Source of the DNA: Nanobdellota archaeon
GTDB lineage: Archaea > Nanobdellota > Nanobdellia > Parvarchaeales > Parvarchaeaceae
Direction: 5' to 3'
Assembly (NCBI GenBank): GCA_021810345.1
Contig: JAJZIX010000003.1
Location: 1,111-65,110, forward strand
DNA length: 64,000 bases
In this document: positions 19,898 through 31,700 of the stretch, one piece after another
How the letters are laid out: the number at the start of each line of letters is the position of its first letter
Position numbering within the stretch: the first letter of the stretch is position 1
Notes under the pieces: generated by a model
Seen by the model: the letters and a program-made list of their open reading frames with translations, nothing else
Databases searched by the model: none
Told to the model about the DNA's origin: nothing
Translations under genes and position numbers: made by a program

Positions 19898-21090
19898 TCA
19901 TGCAGAACATGTCGTGGAAGTCAGTTTATAAGAAACTGATTGCGAACCGCCCGCTTTAAGAGAACCGGAGCTTGGGCTTGGAGTGTATGTGTAGTAATAA
20001 GTTCCCTTCACATTTGTACTTAGAGAGCATTGCTCCCCAGTAGTTATAATTTCGGTTGCTACGCTGAATGAGTAAGTGCCCGGATATACGTTGAATACTA
20101 TAGTTGAGCCAGAAGAGGTCTTCTTATCACCATCATACGTCACACTCCAAGGGCTTACACCCGAATTTTGGGTAAACGTTGTCTTTAACGGCAAGGAGCA
20201 GCTTGAAGATGAAAAAGTAATAGTATACGTATTGTCAGCTGTCAGTACGCTGGAAGAAGGCGAAGGAGTGTATGTGCATTGCCAGTTACTTGAGTTTACA
20301 GCAACAACCGAATATCCCGTGTACTGGTAGCTCCCGTATAAAGTGCTGAAAGTAATTGAAGAAGAAGTAGAGCTTAACGTTGTGCCGTTGTAGGTTACAT
20401 CCCAGCTAGCACCAGAAGGCAGATTTTGTTCATCAAATATAGTATTTACCGGAACGCATACATATTTTTCAGAGAATGAAATAGATTCATTGTCTCCTGC
20501 CGTCAACGATGATGACGATGGAGAGGCTACATACTCATAGCTGCATCCTGGTGAAGAAGCCAACACAGTTATGTTGTAGACCTTGAAAACGTACGAGCCA
20601 GAAGGCGCAGTAAACGTTATATGCGGAGTAGATGAACTCTCATTAAAACCGTTGTAGTTTACTGTCCATTGATATTCAAGCGGATCTGACTGTTGGCTTG
20701 AAGGCAACGAGGAAGGTGGTGGCGACTTAGTTTTATTAGTAGTTAAACCTCCACCTGGAGGCGTTGTGCTATTGACTGTAGATGTCGTATTACTTGTCGA
20801 ATTTGGAAGACCGGTCTCTGAGAACACGGAGGTACACTGAGTAGAAGCCAAAAATATAACTGACACTGAATATCCTGTTTTCAGTGCGCCGGAAGAAGGA
20901 GAAGGAGTGTATGTGCTCGTGCAGTCAGGCACTGAAGAAGAGTTTGATAGAGTCGGTATTGAGAATGAATATGTCCCGCTCTCCAGTGTGTAATCTATCG
21001 TAGGCCTGCTTGAAGACTCCGGTATGTTGTCATAGATTACTTTCCATGTATAACCATTTGGTAGCCCCGTCTCGCTGAACTGCGTTGATG
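19898..21090 (-). repeat. four tandem ~80-aa protein-level repeats at the C-terminus of the giant protein
   Basis: FSETGLPNGYTWKVIYD / FSETGLPN..QWTVNYNG / FDEQNLPSGASWDVTYNG / FTQNSGVSPWSVTYDG, each ending in a Y(T/V)(P/A)SPSS(G/S).L.. segment. Confidence 0.8.
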
Positions 21091-24000
21091 CTGGAGGATA
21101 AAGCGACAGGATGGATCCAACTGAATTACCGACCTGGTACACGGGCACAGGAACGACACCATATGCCTTCGGCGAGACAAGTATTGTGTAGCTTATATTC
21201 CATAGAGTAGGTAGGTTATAGGCTAGATAATACTGTGATGAGACAGAGAAGGTCTTGTTGCCTGGGGACTGATACATACAATTTACAACGTACCCATAAA
21301 GCTCGTTGTTTATAGGATTGCAATTCTCATCAGAGGTTATGTTTACAAATGGACCGCCATTCGGATACTTCATGGTGAAAACCCTACTATTGCCATTTGA
21401 ACACGCCGAGTTTAGATTCAAGGCTGTCCCGACGCTGTCAGCTACATTTATTGTTGGCTGTGATTGATTTTGATTCTCCGCCACGCTATAGAACTGGACA
21501 GCATGCAGCCCCTCATTCAGTGAGCCCAATGAGAGATATACTCCATTCTCATAGCCTTTTGGAAGCTGATTACCAGAACACAGTTCTCCTTCTCCAAGTT
21601 TAAATATCCCATAATTACCCTGCAGTTGGCTCGAAACACAATTATTAGAGGTACCCCCACTAAATATATTCATCGCGTAGTCGATGGTACTCCCATTAAC
21701 GAAACCTGGCATCCCAAATATACCAAAGTATGGGTTCTGGAGTAACAACAAATTAAGCATATCGTATGAGTATAAAGACGACTTGAAAAGGGCGTTGCTA
21801 AGTGAATTAGAAAGCAAAAGATTTGTTGGATAGATATTTGTAAACATATTAGATATCTCTTTCTGCGAAACTGACACAGAAGTAATATAGCTATCTTTTG
21901 TAATGTATGAATTATATCCATTCGGAATGTAAATATTCAAACTGACAGGTTGACCTACCAGAGCAAGACCGACTCCAAAACCGGATGGATCTGTAACTTT
22001 AAGTGCCTGAGTGGAGGGTGGAGGGGGAGGTGACTTGATTTTCCCACCACCATGACGTTCATTAATCGTATTAAACCGTGAATACGAAGCTGAGCTGATT
22101 GTAGAATAATTATCATACTGTAGAATGAAGCTGGAATTCGTACTTGCTTGTACTTGGTTACCGTAAGCTTGGCAATCGGTTGTAAGCGTAGGGGAGGAGT
22201 AGTTCTGTGCGGAGAACGGCTTACAACCTTTAGGTAGCCCACCGAGAGTTGTGCCGTTTTCACTCTTATAAGTCGTTATAGTCTTCTCATATGTCAGATT
22301 ACTCACGCATTTGCCGGTAGTGATTGATGATTTGATTGAAACTGGGGTGCTACATGCCAACACACTACCGGAATATCCAGATGCACAGCTGTATGTCTGA
22401 TAGAAAGCGCCTGTCGTATCATTTATTATAGTAGTGTTTATAAATGGAGCTAACTCGCTATATGTACTCCTTCCTGCTTCACATCCCCCCACCTCTGGGA
22501 TCCCATTTAGATTTGTAGTGTGGGTCGTAGTGAATGCGCTCCAGCTCCATCCTGCTGGAACATTATCAGAGCTAATCACATTAGTAAGGTTTCCGCATAG
22601 GAAATTCGATGATATGCCCGTTGTTTCTGACTGTTCTGAATTTATATTAAAGTTACTTATTTCTATTGTGTCAGAGTTCAATTTCTGTGATCCGGATAGA
22701 GAGACAGAGCAGATTCCCGAGATTGAGTACTCACCGCTAGATACCTTAGTTACGCTAACCGCTGCTGAACAACTGTTAGAGGATGTGGATGATGATGGGT
22801 AGCTACAGGATAGATCATAATTCGCGGATTTTGAATTTGTTGTTATGTTGGCAGTCCCGCTGCAGCTGAAGGAGATTTTCAATGGGGTTGTTGGGGCAGA
22901 TGAAGAATTATACAGATATTGAGATTCAGATACAGAGCTGCTCGAAGAACTTTTATCGTTTGAATTAGAGTAGGAAAGTTTTCCATCTGTTGGAGCACAC
23001 GAATATGAAACTCCATTCAAGTTACCTATGAAGCAACCACCACCAAGGCTCAGGTTAAATCCAGTCGTAAGGGTTCCTCCACTAGCTGGAAGCGCCTCTA
23101 TACCAGAGTAAGAGCCTCCCCGAGGTGTTATCTGTTGATTCGGATTTGTGCACATTGAGTAAGCAACTATTGTACTGTTCACTGGACATGAATTTATGTA
23201 AACATTATTGCTTGGGCTGACGAGGAGAGGGTAACCAGATAGGTTCGCTATCCTGTTCACGGCAGCGCTCTCACCGGGGTTATTCGGGTTAAAATTGGTC
23301 CACGTACCATTCACAAACAACTGAGCTTTGTCTACCGTCTCGTTTCTTATGAACTGACAAGAATCATAGAAAACCGGACCATTTGGCCCTGTGATATTAC
23401 CCGGTTTTATCATGAAACCTATCGTTTCACCACTTGTAGTTGCAAAAACATTGTTACTACTAGTCAAACCAGCGTTTTCGGTGTAGGTTCTGCTTTCATT
23501 TACTACACAATAAGGCGATTCGACTCCAGAAGTGAAATCCGATGCTTGTATAGGCTCACTGCTATTTGCAAGAGGCATTTGAGTGAGGGTGTAGTTTGCG
23601 CAGCTATATGAAACGGTATTTGGAACTGATAAAGTGTAATTTATATAGGAACTGCTTAAAACTGTTACATTATTATATCCACTGTAGCCTACATCGATCG
23701 GTCTCGGCACGGAATAAACTTCTCCACTGCCAGTTTCTGCTGTGGAAAAGTTAGTGAAAAGGTCATTTGAAACATTAAAGCTTAGTGGGTTACCTGAGAA
23801 TTGAAGCAGATCGGTTATGACGGGTGAATTATCAAAGAAGCAGTAGTTGCTAGTTACAGCTTCTGTTGGAACGGCCTCCTGATAAGCTTTATTTGTGGAA
23901 TAGTGAATATCACCAAAACCAGAGTATTGGAATATGGCCTGTTGTAAAGCTGAATAGGTGATCGAGAAACAGTCCATAACCGGCCCTGATACGGGATTAG

Positions 24001-27000
24001 ATATTGAAGGCGAACTAGCAGAGACATTATTGACAAGAAGCGAGCCGACCCCAGAACCATTAAATTTGAAACCGCTTATGCACGGCCCTATACCATTTGA
24101 ACACATACTTAATAAGTTACCTGAGTAACCATTAGCATTAAACTGAACATTGTAGTTGGTCTCTGAGTAATTGAACCAGCTGTCTGGATAAGCCGGCGCA
24201 GATGGCGTATTAATAAATAGAGTATAAGGAGAGCCAGCTGAATTTCCTATAAATGCATAATAACAGTTACCATTTGCATCTGATATGGTCTGGAATGGGA
24301 CTTCTGAGTAGGGATATGAGAAATTCGAAAGAACTTTTATTGAATTGCAGCTATTATAAAGATTTGGCAAAGAGAAAGTAATCGGTATGTTCGAGGTGAT
24401 TGATGAAGGAATGGTGATCTCAGCTGCAGAAGAAGGATTATCGGCAAGTGCAATCGGTTGTATAGCTATAAAGGCACCATCTGAGTAAGCCGGCACGGTA
24501 GGGCCTATGGTTATGGATAACGCCCCCGATATTTTATTGGATAAAGAAGCGAAGCTTAAGGTGTCATTAGCAAGTTGACAGTTACCGCTGTAGTTGAGTA
24601 TTCCATTTGTAACCACAATCCTCCCTACATCACAAGAATCAGAAGAAGGCCCAGACAAATTAACTTCCTGAGAGTTGAGGGGTGCGCCGTTATATGTTAT
24701 ATAGAGTGAATTTGATGGCATGTACTGTATTGAGGCTTGCAGGAATATATCACCGCTTCCAAGATATTCATTATTAGTAGCGTTCATAAAGACGGCTCTT
24801 ATAGCACTGAAAGGAGATGTAAGATTACACAGTATTGCTCCATTAGTTAGATGATATTCACCCGGTGCAATCTCGCTTGCGCCTATATTATGCAGATAGG
24901 GGTTATAATCATTTATTATATTGCAGCTGAAAGGAGATCCATTTATATTATATAGGTAAACATTTGAGTTCTTCAGTATTATTGTACGGGGCTCGGGTTT
25001 GAACAGCAGTGAGAAACCGTTTGTAAGCGGCTTGCTTATATTCAGAGTAGTCGAGAAAACACCATTCGACGGCGTAGAAAGTGTGAAATTGCCGGATACT
25101 AGGTAGGTTCCATGCTGGGAGGTATTGCTAGCATTGAAAATCGAATTGTTGTAGAGATCCACTTGGAACGGTCCATTCGAGGTTATAGTCATTATGGATT
25201 GATTGACTTTTATACCATCAAAACACCGGAATAATGTAGAGTTAGACGAGAAAACGCCAGCGCTGTTGGTAGATTCACTAAAGAGACAGTGGGGCATGCC
25301 GCTGAAATTGATAGTTATTGGTGAATTCGCAAACTTCGAAAAGTTTGCAAAACTATCGCTGCCGACTACCCTTAGTATAGAAGCATTGCCTATAAGATTA
25401 TTTGCAGTAAGTGTAAATCCGTAGGAGCTTGACGAAAGAACTGCTGGGGCTGGCACAAATGTTGAGCTAAATACCTTATAAAATGAGGATAAATTACTAA
25501 AAACAGATGATAGCCCGCCAGAATCGAAATATGCAAACGCTTCCTTACTGTAAGAAGTTGAGTTCGAGTTAATGGCTGGTTTCTGTAGCATGAATGAAAC
25601 TTCTGATGTTTTGTATGAAGGGAGGTTGTTTACGCTGAGAACTGCTTGATCCGAATAAGGCATAAAGACCAATCCTCTCCACCTTGTTATAAGCAGGTTA
25701 TCAATAGCAGAATTGCTTTTGTAAAAGTCATGAACTGCGTAAGCCAAGTTTGGTGGCGATACCGCCCGAGTACTCCAAAAAACACTAAAGTCATTTATGT
25801 TGTCAGGAGATGCAAAACATGACACCGAAGAGCCTATTAAGGATCTTCCACTTAATGCATAGTTTCCTGTTCCATTCGACACGGCTATGTTAGTTGTTAT
25901 ATTTGCGAGTATAGCATTTTGGGTTAAGTTTGAAGGCAGAACCGAAAAATTAAAATTGTCTGTGTATATGCTTATATTTGAGAAGGGTGATTCGCTGAAA
26001 TTTACAGTGTAGCCTACTAGATATTGCCATGGAGGAGATGGACTGGGGCTGCTAGGATTTAGAATTTCATTGTTATGATTGGGGAAATTAAATTCTATCA
26101 AGTGTGGTTCCGCAGATTGAAGCAGTGGATTAACTTGTATATTGCCCATAGACGTAACCGGGTTTGCGTTATCGCCCCATGAAACATTAAAGAGATTTCC
26201 GAAATAGAATGCTGCCTTATATTTTCCCTGGAGAAGCTCTTTAAACAAAGCTAATGGAACTTCAACAGTAAATGTAGCCGTGCCATTTGGCACAATCAAT
26301 GGAACGCCCGTATTATCCGAACTAGAATGGACAAGAAATGTATTTGAAGTCCTAGTTACATTATCTGGTCCGCCAGTGCCTGGTCTGTAAAACCACATAC
26401 CCAGCAATGAGTTGTTATAAGGACCATTTAAGTAGGAAGGAGACGCTGAGAACAGAGATTCTATAGGGATTGGATTCATAGGATACCCTTCTTTATAGGT
26501 GTACATATTCGTGTCTAAGGAAGAGTTGTAGGTTAGCCCTATAACACCGGTCATGTCTTGCTGCCTCATACCGTTAAGCATTTGACTGAAGTAAGAGTAA
26601 TCTTGCTCTAAAGAATTTGTCGGGGATGAATAAAACATCTGACTGACATTTGTGTCGCGGAACAGCGCTATGAAGTATGGATTTGTTATGTTTGTTGTAC
26701 CTACATTTTTGATTGTAATAACAATCGGAACACTGGAGGAGTTTGAGTTAAATGCAGGACAGTTGTATATTTTCTGCATAAATACTGTCGAGTCTGCAGT
26801 CGGATTAGACATATTCTTTTCGCCAAGAAAATCACCGCAGTAGCTGCCCCCATTATTAGCTACGTACAAAGATCTTATCCATGCGTCAGTTATATTGCGT
26901 ACTATCCCAGAAGGAGTACAGGCGATATTGCTTATGAAAATGCCTTGTTCAAAATTCAGATCGTTCCCGCCGCCTTGTATAAAGCAATTGCTGCTGTTGT

Positions 27001-28729
27001 AGAAAGAGTTACATAAACCAGCTGCGACCGTGTAATTCTCCGCGGCTGTAGGTGCTATGACCCGGGTATAGCTAGGAGAGGTGTAGACACCTGTATTTGT
27101 ATTGAAACTCTCACCATAGAAACAAAAACTATCCAAAGCTTTTATTGTGAAATTATTAAGCGGATCAAACGAATCAAACCCGGGGATGGCTGGCTGATTG
27201 GCTAAGTTACTTAAAGGCAAATAATAAGAAGACCAAGTTCTTTGATAAGAAATTGGATTTATACTCTGCGGGTCCTCGAATGTACAGTTACTACCGACAT
27301 TGCCATTCGACTTGATGCATATTGGAAAGAATCCTCCGGTTGCAAAGCTTAGATGACTATATTGTACTGGCAGACTGAATTGTGAGAATGTTGCCTGCAG
27401 TGAGGGATAATAAAATGCCTGCAAAGCCGGTAAAGTATATGAATTTGATTGGTACATTGGGATTTGCTGTCGGGAACGATTATATTGAACTAAGGTGCTA
27501 CTGAGTCCAGGACCAACTTCAATAGCTGGTATAGAGACTAGTGCTGCTATGCGCATGATTTCGGACATTGGCACCTTATTCTGGAATGTTGTATAACCAC
27601 TCGATATTGATGTATTGCTTGAAAAAAGTATAACATTTCCAGTTTCAGGGCTCTTCCCAAAATATGAAGCATTAACTTCTGTGTAGAAAGGCACAACTTG
27701 ATTAAGGTAGTTTAGATAGCCCTTATTACCTGACGGGAATGGTGCATAATTTGAAGTCGGCATGCCAAAATTGAAATTAGGTGCTATTCTTTGTACCTGG
27801 TATGCGTAGGGTGATTCAAAGAAGCCATCTGCAACGATTGATGGAATCGGGACGCTATTAATCCATAGGGCCGTGCTAGAGAGCACTCCTTGTATGTATA
27901 ATTCGCCAATACCATCCTCTGTGTTTGAAGAAAGAAACACCGACGGCATAAATCCAGTTAAAGTTGGCATGCTCGACACTGTTTGACCTGGTAGAAGAAC
28001 ATACGTATCGGGGAAAGTCGAACCGCATGAAACAGACGGTATTACTAATGTGCTCTTACCATGGATTGGATAACCAGAACCGAAGTTTATCCCCTCATAC
28101 GTGTTGTTTACAGCATAATAATAGCCAGTTAAGCTACCTCCATAAGCTTTAATGACAGAATTGTTAAAAACTACCAGATTCTGGTATGGATTTTCTTTGC
28201 TTGGGAAAGCAAAAAGCAAAGGCTCGAACGAGCCAGAAATCAGATTCGGGAAGGAAGCAGTAAATATATTTGTGTTTGGTTCACTCTGTGGAAATCCTAA
28301 ATATCCAACGAAGTCTGATATATTTTGTATGTTACTTGATCCACCGCAGAGATAAAGTAAGGGTCCGCTGAGTAAATTAGTGAAAAAGTTAGAATTAACA
28401 CATATGTGAGGAGCTGTTATGGCGGTTAGTGTCTCGCATTCATACTCCTTCGTTGTAGTGTTTAAGACGACTTTGCCAGGATAAAACTTGGAGTTAAACC
28501 AAAAATTACTGTTGACTGCATCGGTATTGTTTACTATCTCATTTTGTGCGACCAATGAGGTTGATGAAGCCGATGACTGGAAGGCATTTTGGTCGTTTTG
28601 TGACAAGCCGCCTAAAGCCGATGATGCAGTTGCTGTAGTCGTATGAGAAGGACTGCCGAATTGATGCAAGGATATCAGCACTGCTAACACTGCTATCAAA
28701 GCGAGCATCAGGTATTCTAATTTCCTCAT
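19898..28729 (-). CDS. giant secreted/surface protein (2943 aa), Ser/Asn/Thr/Cys-rich, with C-terminal Ig-like 'ETGLP' repeats
   Basis: N-terminal signal MRKLEYLMLALIAVLAVLISL; many N-x-S/T sequons; Pro-rich linkers; four C-terminal repeats F.E.GLP.G..W.V.Y.....SS....I.F....G.Y.F. Confidence 0.85.
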   Translation of the reverse strand: MRKLEYLMLALIAVLAVLISLHQFGSPSHTTTATASSALGGLSQNDQNAFQSSASSTSLVAQNEIVNNTDAVNSNFWFNSKFYPGKVVLNTTTKEYECETLTAITAPHICVNSNFFTNLLSGPLLYLCGGSSNIQNISDFVGYLGFPQSEPNTNIFTASFPNLISGSFEPLLFAFPSKENPYQNLVVFNNSVIKAYGGSLTGYYYAVNNTYEGINFGSGYPIHGKSTLVIPSVSCGSTFPDTYVLLPGQTVSSMPTLTGFMPSVFLSSNTEDGIGELYIQGVLSSTALWINSVPIPSIVADGFFESPYAYQVQRIAPNFNFGMPTSNYAPFPSGNKGYLNYLNQVVPFYTEVNASYFGKSPETGNVILFSSNTSISSGYTTFQNKVPMSEIMRIAALVSIPAIEVGPGLSSTLVQYNRSRQQIPMYQSNSYTLPALQAFYYPSLQATFSQFSLPVQYSHLSFATGGFFPICIKSNGNVGSNCTFEDPQSINPISYQRTWSSYYLPLSNLANQPAIPGFDSFDPLNNFTIKALDSFCFYGESFNTNTGVYTSPSYTRVIAPTAAENYTVAAGLCNSFYNSSNCFIQGGGNDLNFEQGIFISNIACTPSGIVRNITDAWIRSLYVANNGGSYCGDFLGEKNMSNPTADSTVFMQKIYNCPAFNSNSSSVPIVITIKNVGTTNITNPYFIALFRDTNVSQMFYSSPTNSLEQDYSYFSQMLNGMRQQDMTGVIGLTYNSSLDTNMYTYKEGYPMNPIPIESLFSASPSYLNGPYNNSLLGMWFYRPGTGGPDNVTRTSNTFLVHSSSDNTGVPLIVPNGTATFTVEVPLALFKELLQGKYKAAFYFGNLFNVSWGDNANPVTSMGNIQVNPLLQSAEPHLIEFNFPNHNNEILNPSSPSPSPPWQYLVGYTVNFSESPFSNISIYTDNFNFSVLPSNLTQNAILANITTNIAVSNGTGNYALSGRSLIGSSVSCFASPDNINDFSVFWSTRAVSPPNLAYAVHDFYKSNSAIDNLLITRWRGLVFMPYSDQAVLSVNNLPSYKTSEVSFMLQKPAINSNSTSYSKEAFAYFDSGGLSSVFSNLSSFYKVFSSTFVPAPAVLSSSSYGFTLTANNLIGNASILRVVGSDSFANFSKFANSPITINFSGMPHCLFSESTNSAGVFSSNSTLFRCFDGIKVNQSIMTITSNGPFQVDLYNNSIFNASNTSQHGTYLVSGNFTLSTPSNGVFSTTLNISKPLTNGFSLLFKPEPRTIILKNSNVYLYNINGSPFSCNIINDYNPYLHNIGASEIAPGEYHLTNGAILCNLTSPFSAIRAVFMNATNNEYLGSGDIFLQASIQYMPSNSLYITYNGAPLNSQEVNLSGPSSDSCDVGRIVVTNGILNYSGNCQLANDTLSFASLSNKISGALSITIGPTVPAYSDGAFIAIQPIALADNPSSAAEITIPSSITSNIPITFSLPNLYNSCNSIKVLSNFSYPYSEVPFQTISDANGNCYYAFIGNSAGSPYTLFINTPSAPAYPDSWFNYSETNYNVQFNANGYSGNLLSMCSNGIGPCISGFKFNGSGVGSLLVNNVSASSPSISNPVSGPVMDCFSITYSALQQAIFQYSGFGDIHYSTNKAYQEAVPTEAVTSNYCFFDNSPVITDLLQFSGNPLSFNVSNDLFTNFSTAETGSGEVYSVPRPIDVGYSGYNNVTVLSSSYINYTLSVPNTVSYSCANYTLTQMPLANSSEPIQASDFTSGVESPYCVVNESRTYTENAGLTSSNNVFATTSGETIGFMIKPGNITGPNGPVFYDSCQFIRNETVDKAQLFVNGTWTNFNPNNPGESAAVNRIANLSGYPLLVSPSNNVYINSCPVNSTIVAYSMCTNPNQQITPRGGSYSGIEALPASGGTLTTGFNLSLGGGCFIGNLNGVSYSCAPTDGKLSYSNSNDKSSSSSSVSESQYLYNSSSAPTTPLKISFSCSGTANITTNSKSANYDLSCSYPSSSTSSNSCSAAVSVTKVSSGEYSISGICSVSLSGSQKLNSDTIEISNFNINSEQSETTGISSNFLCGNLTNVISSDNVPAGWSWSAFTTTHTTNLNGIPEVGGCEAGRSTYSELAPFINTTIINDTTGAFYQTYSCASGYSGSVLACSTPVSIKSSITTGKCVSNLTYEKTITTYKSENGTTLGGLPKGCKPFSAQNYSSPTLTTDCQAYGNQVQASTNSSFILQYDNYSTISSASYSRFNTINERHGGGKIKSPPPPPSTQALKVTDPSGFGVGLALVGQPVSLNIYIPNGYNSYITKDSYITSVSVSQKEISNMFTNIYPTNLLLSNSLSNALFKSSLYSYDMLNLLLLQNPYFGIFGMPGFVNGSTIDYAMNIFSGGTSNNCVSSQLQGNYGIFKLGEGELCSGNQLPKGYENGVYLSLGSLNEGLHAVQFYSVAENQNQSQPTINVADSVGTALNLNSACSNGNSRVFTMKYPNGGPFVNITSDENCNPINNELYGYVVNCMYQSPGNKTFSVSSQYYLAYNLPTLWNISYTILVSPKAYGVVPVPVYQVGNSVGSILSLYPPASTQFSETGLPNGYTWKVIYDNIPESSSRPTIDYTLESGTYSFSIPTLSNSSSVPDCTSTYTPSPSSGALKTGYSVSVIFLASTQCTSVFSETGLPNSTSNTTSTVNSTTPPGGGLTTNKTKSPPPSSLPSSQQSDPLEYQWTVNYNGFNESSSTPHITFTAPSGSYVFKVYNITVLASSPGCSYEYVASPSSSSLTAGDNESISFSEKYVCVPVNTIFDEQNLPSGASWDVTYNGTTLSSTSSSITFSTLYGSYQYTGYSVVAVNSSNWQCTYTPSPSSSVLTADNTYTITFSSSSCSLPLKTTFTQNSGVSPWSVTYDGDKKTSSGSTIVFNVYPGTYSFSVATEIITTGEQCSLSTNVKGTYYYTYTPSPSSGSLKAGGSQSVSYKLTSTTCSA

Positions 28730-28782
28730 GTAGCCTCACTCTCAAAACTCAATACTGTTTTATTAACTTTTTCCATGTTTAA

Positions 28783-31700
28783 TTAAGGCCAGGTACTGTA
28801 CTTGTTCACCCCTATTATAGTTAAATTTGGATAAATTGGATTGTACTTATTGTACATTGTAGCCAGATTAAATGCCGGAGGATACGGCGAATAGGTTGCG
28901 TTTAAAAGCGTAATTCCAAATGATGGTTTTACAGTTATACAAGCAAATTGAGCGTAATATTTGGACAAAGTGGCATTGTAAATGTAAGGCGGTTGCGGTT
29001 CTAGGTTCGTGAGATTAAGACCGACTAATGAATAGGTAGGAGAGTATTTGTGCTGCTTTGAAGGATAGATAAAATTAAATTTTCCGCTTTGTTGGGTTGA
29101 GTAAAAGAAGAAGGGGAATACTTCTGTCCCGTTGCTTGAGTAAGGTCCAGATTGACTTACACCACTACCATATACTATGTATATTGAAGCTGGAAGTGTT
29201 TTTGTGAGGTTTATCCAAAGTATTGCTCCATTTGCAATGGGGGTCTGGTTCCACCAGTAAAGCTCTAATACCTTGTTAGGGTAAACAGCAAAGATCTCAA
29301 GGTCATTTGAACTCAAAGCTGTCAGATTGAAATTGTTATTTAGAACCAGCTTTTCCTGATATGCATAGTTCAGAGTAGTTGGACTGTTTATTAAGATTTG
29401 GTTGTAATACGTATTCTGATCACTCTGCAGTTTAAATGAAAAGTTCAAGCTTGGGTTTAGGGTGCTTGCAGGCAGACTCTGTGATTCGCTGCTAATCGCG
29501 TTGTAATCTGGTATGTAGTTAGAAATAAAGAAGTAATTAAGAAGGTCAGATGAAGTCTTCGAGCCAGTAGACGCCCCTATCAGGTTTATTTGGCCCCCTG
29601 ACAACAACTGTAGATCGCTGGATGAGTAGTAGGATTGGTTCACCCCGTTTACTTCAAATGTCAGATTACATGAAGCCGGAGCGGTGCAGAACCTATTGAC
29701 CTGTATATTTTCCTGCTGTTTACTTGCTGCGTTAGAAGCTGATTGGCTCAGAACGGAAAGCCCGCTGTTTACCGAATAGTTGTATATTCCGTTGAAGCCG
29801 CCCGTCTCAGACGACAATTTTACTGCTGTAAACTGAGATTGCAAGTTTTGGTTCTTGCTCAGTAAAATGCTGAAGGACGGTGACGGTCCACCTAATTCAA
29901 CCCCTGCGTTTATAGACAGGTTTTCAGGCAGTGTCAAGCTACCATTTAACAGTGCGAACGTCCAGTTATTATATGTTCCGTAAGGGCCCGAAGACTTAAC
30001 TCCACCCCCGTAGATCAAAAGCAATTTATAGAGCTTACCATTGTAAGTATTACCTTGAGTGGTGAAATTTTCATTGTCAACCAAAAGAGAAGACGGGCAG
30101 GAGTTTCCACTTGTTATCCAGTTTTGGTATGAGAATTCCTGTGTCTTATAGTAAGGACAATAGTAGTAAATGCTGCCGGATTGGTTCACAGATGTACAGC
30201 CTTCACCAGAAGGTGCGCCGCTGTTTGAACTTATATATTGCTCCGTTGTCCGATTTGTCGTCTCGAGGCCGGCTATGCATGTTGTGTTAATGAAGGGCTT
30301 TGCGACTATAGGCGCGCAGTTCAAATAAGTCGTATTGGCAACTAATGCAAGGTCAAATCCCGGGTATCCTGTAGTGTAAGGTGAGTTCTGAATCCCACAC
30401 AGCTCTGTTGGGGTCAAGCTTAAGTTGTTTTGATACCCGAAATCTAAGGATATTGGGATACCGAGAACCTCCTCCGAGTAATTATTATCTATGACCGGGC
30501 CCCTCGAAGAAAAGGAGTAGTTCACAGAAGCTTTGTAGTTCTTATAATTGGTGCACAAACTGGATTCGCTTGTATTTATAGATAGGTTAAGTACATTCAC
30601 ATCAAAGGCGCTGCCTGAAAGAAAGCTAAGCTCCATTGGTATCTCTTTATCCAAGAGGTCCTGTATATTTCCAGACAGAGTCTGTGAAAGTAGCTGTCTG
30701 CAGAACTGCAGATCGGAAGAGTTCTGGCTGCAGTTGTAGATGTAAGTCCCATAATACGGCTCTTTTACGCGGCTGAGCTCATTAAGCAGGTAATTTGTAC
30801 CCTGTGGAGAGCCCATAGCCAGTATAAGTGATGAGTACCAATCATACTTGGGCTGACCGTTTACAGAGACACTTTTAAGGTTGACCCCCCCTATGACATT
30901 TGAAATGTAATTGTCTATTTCGTACTGCGCAAAGCCCCTTATGCTACTGCTACCTAGAGGGAACGTTTCATTCACAAATGCAGTGCTTAGAGAAAGCAGC
31001 GTACTCAGGTAATTTGTGTTTGATACATATCCAGACAAACTTAAGCAATTCTCCAGGTTGAACTGTACCTCATTATAGGACAGACATATTTCCGGATTAT
31101 ACAGAGGAAATGCGGAAAAAGAGACGTATAAATTCTTGTTGTTAGGGAACAAAAGATTCTCGTTCGAGGCGACTTCAAAGCTGCTGAGAATGTATTTGTA
31201 GAAGACAAATTTTGGCTGGAGCGATACTACAGCGTAGTTTACGGGCGATATGGTAAAAAACCCAGTCACATCCGAGGATATTACAAAATTGTAGTCTGTA
31301 CCATCAAAGGTGAAAGCGGTGTTGTTGGACAGCTGGATCTGTGGAGTTATTCCAGCCACTGTGTCTTCTGACATGGCACCTTTCAGAGTGTACACATTTT
31401 GGTTTATTATGGGAGTCATCTCAAAGCTATAAATTCCATTAGTTTCGTTGCTGTATACTATTGCTTCGTCTCCATTCGGGAAGGTTACCACAACATATTG
31501 TGATGAAGGAGATATATGGGAGCCACTGAAAAATGAATTCACTGCAGAAGGGTGGCTGAGGACTCCTGAGACAACATCCTGCTCGCCAGCAAACACAAAT
31601 TTCTTTTCACCCATAAGGAAATCTTGCCCGGCTATTCCACTGAAAACTGGTGTGCAGGACGAGCTAGAATGCTCGCATACGGTGTAGTTTTGAGATGACC

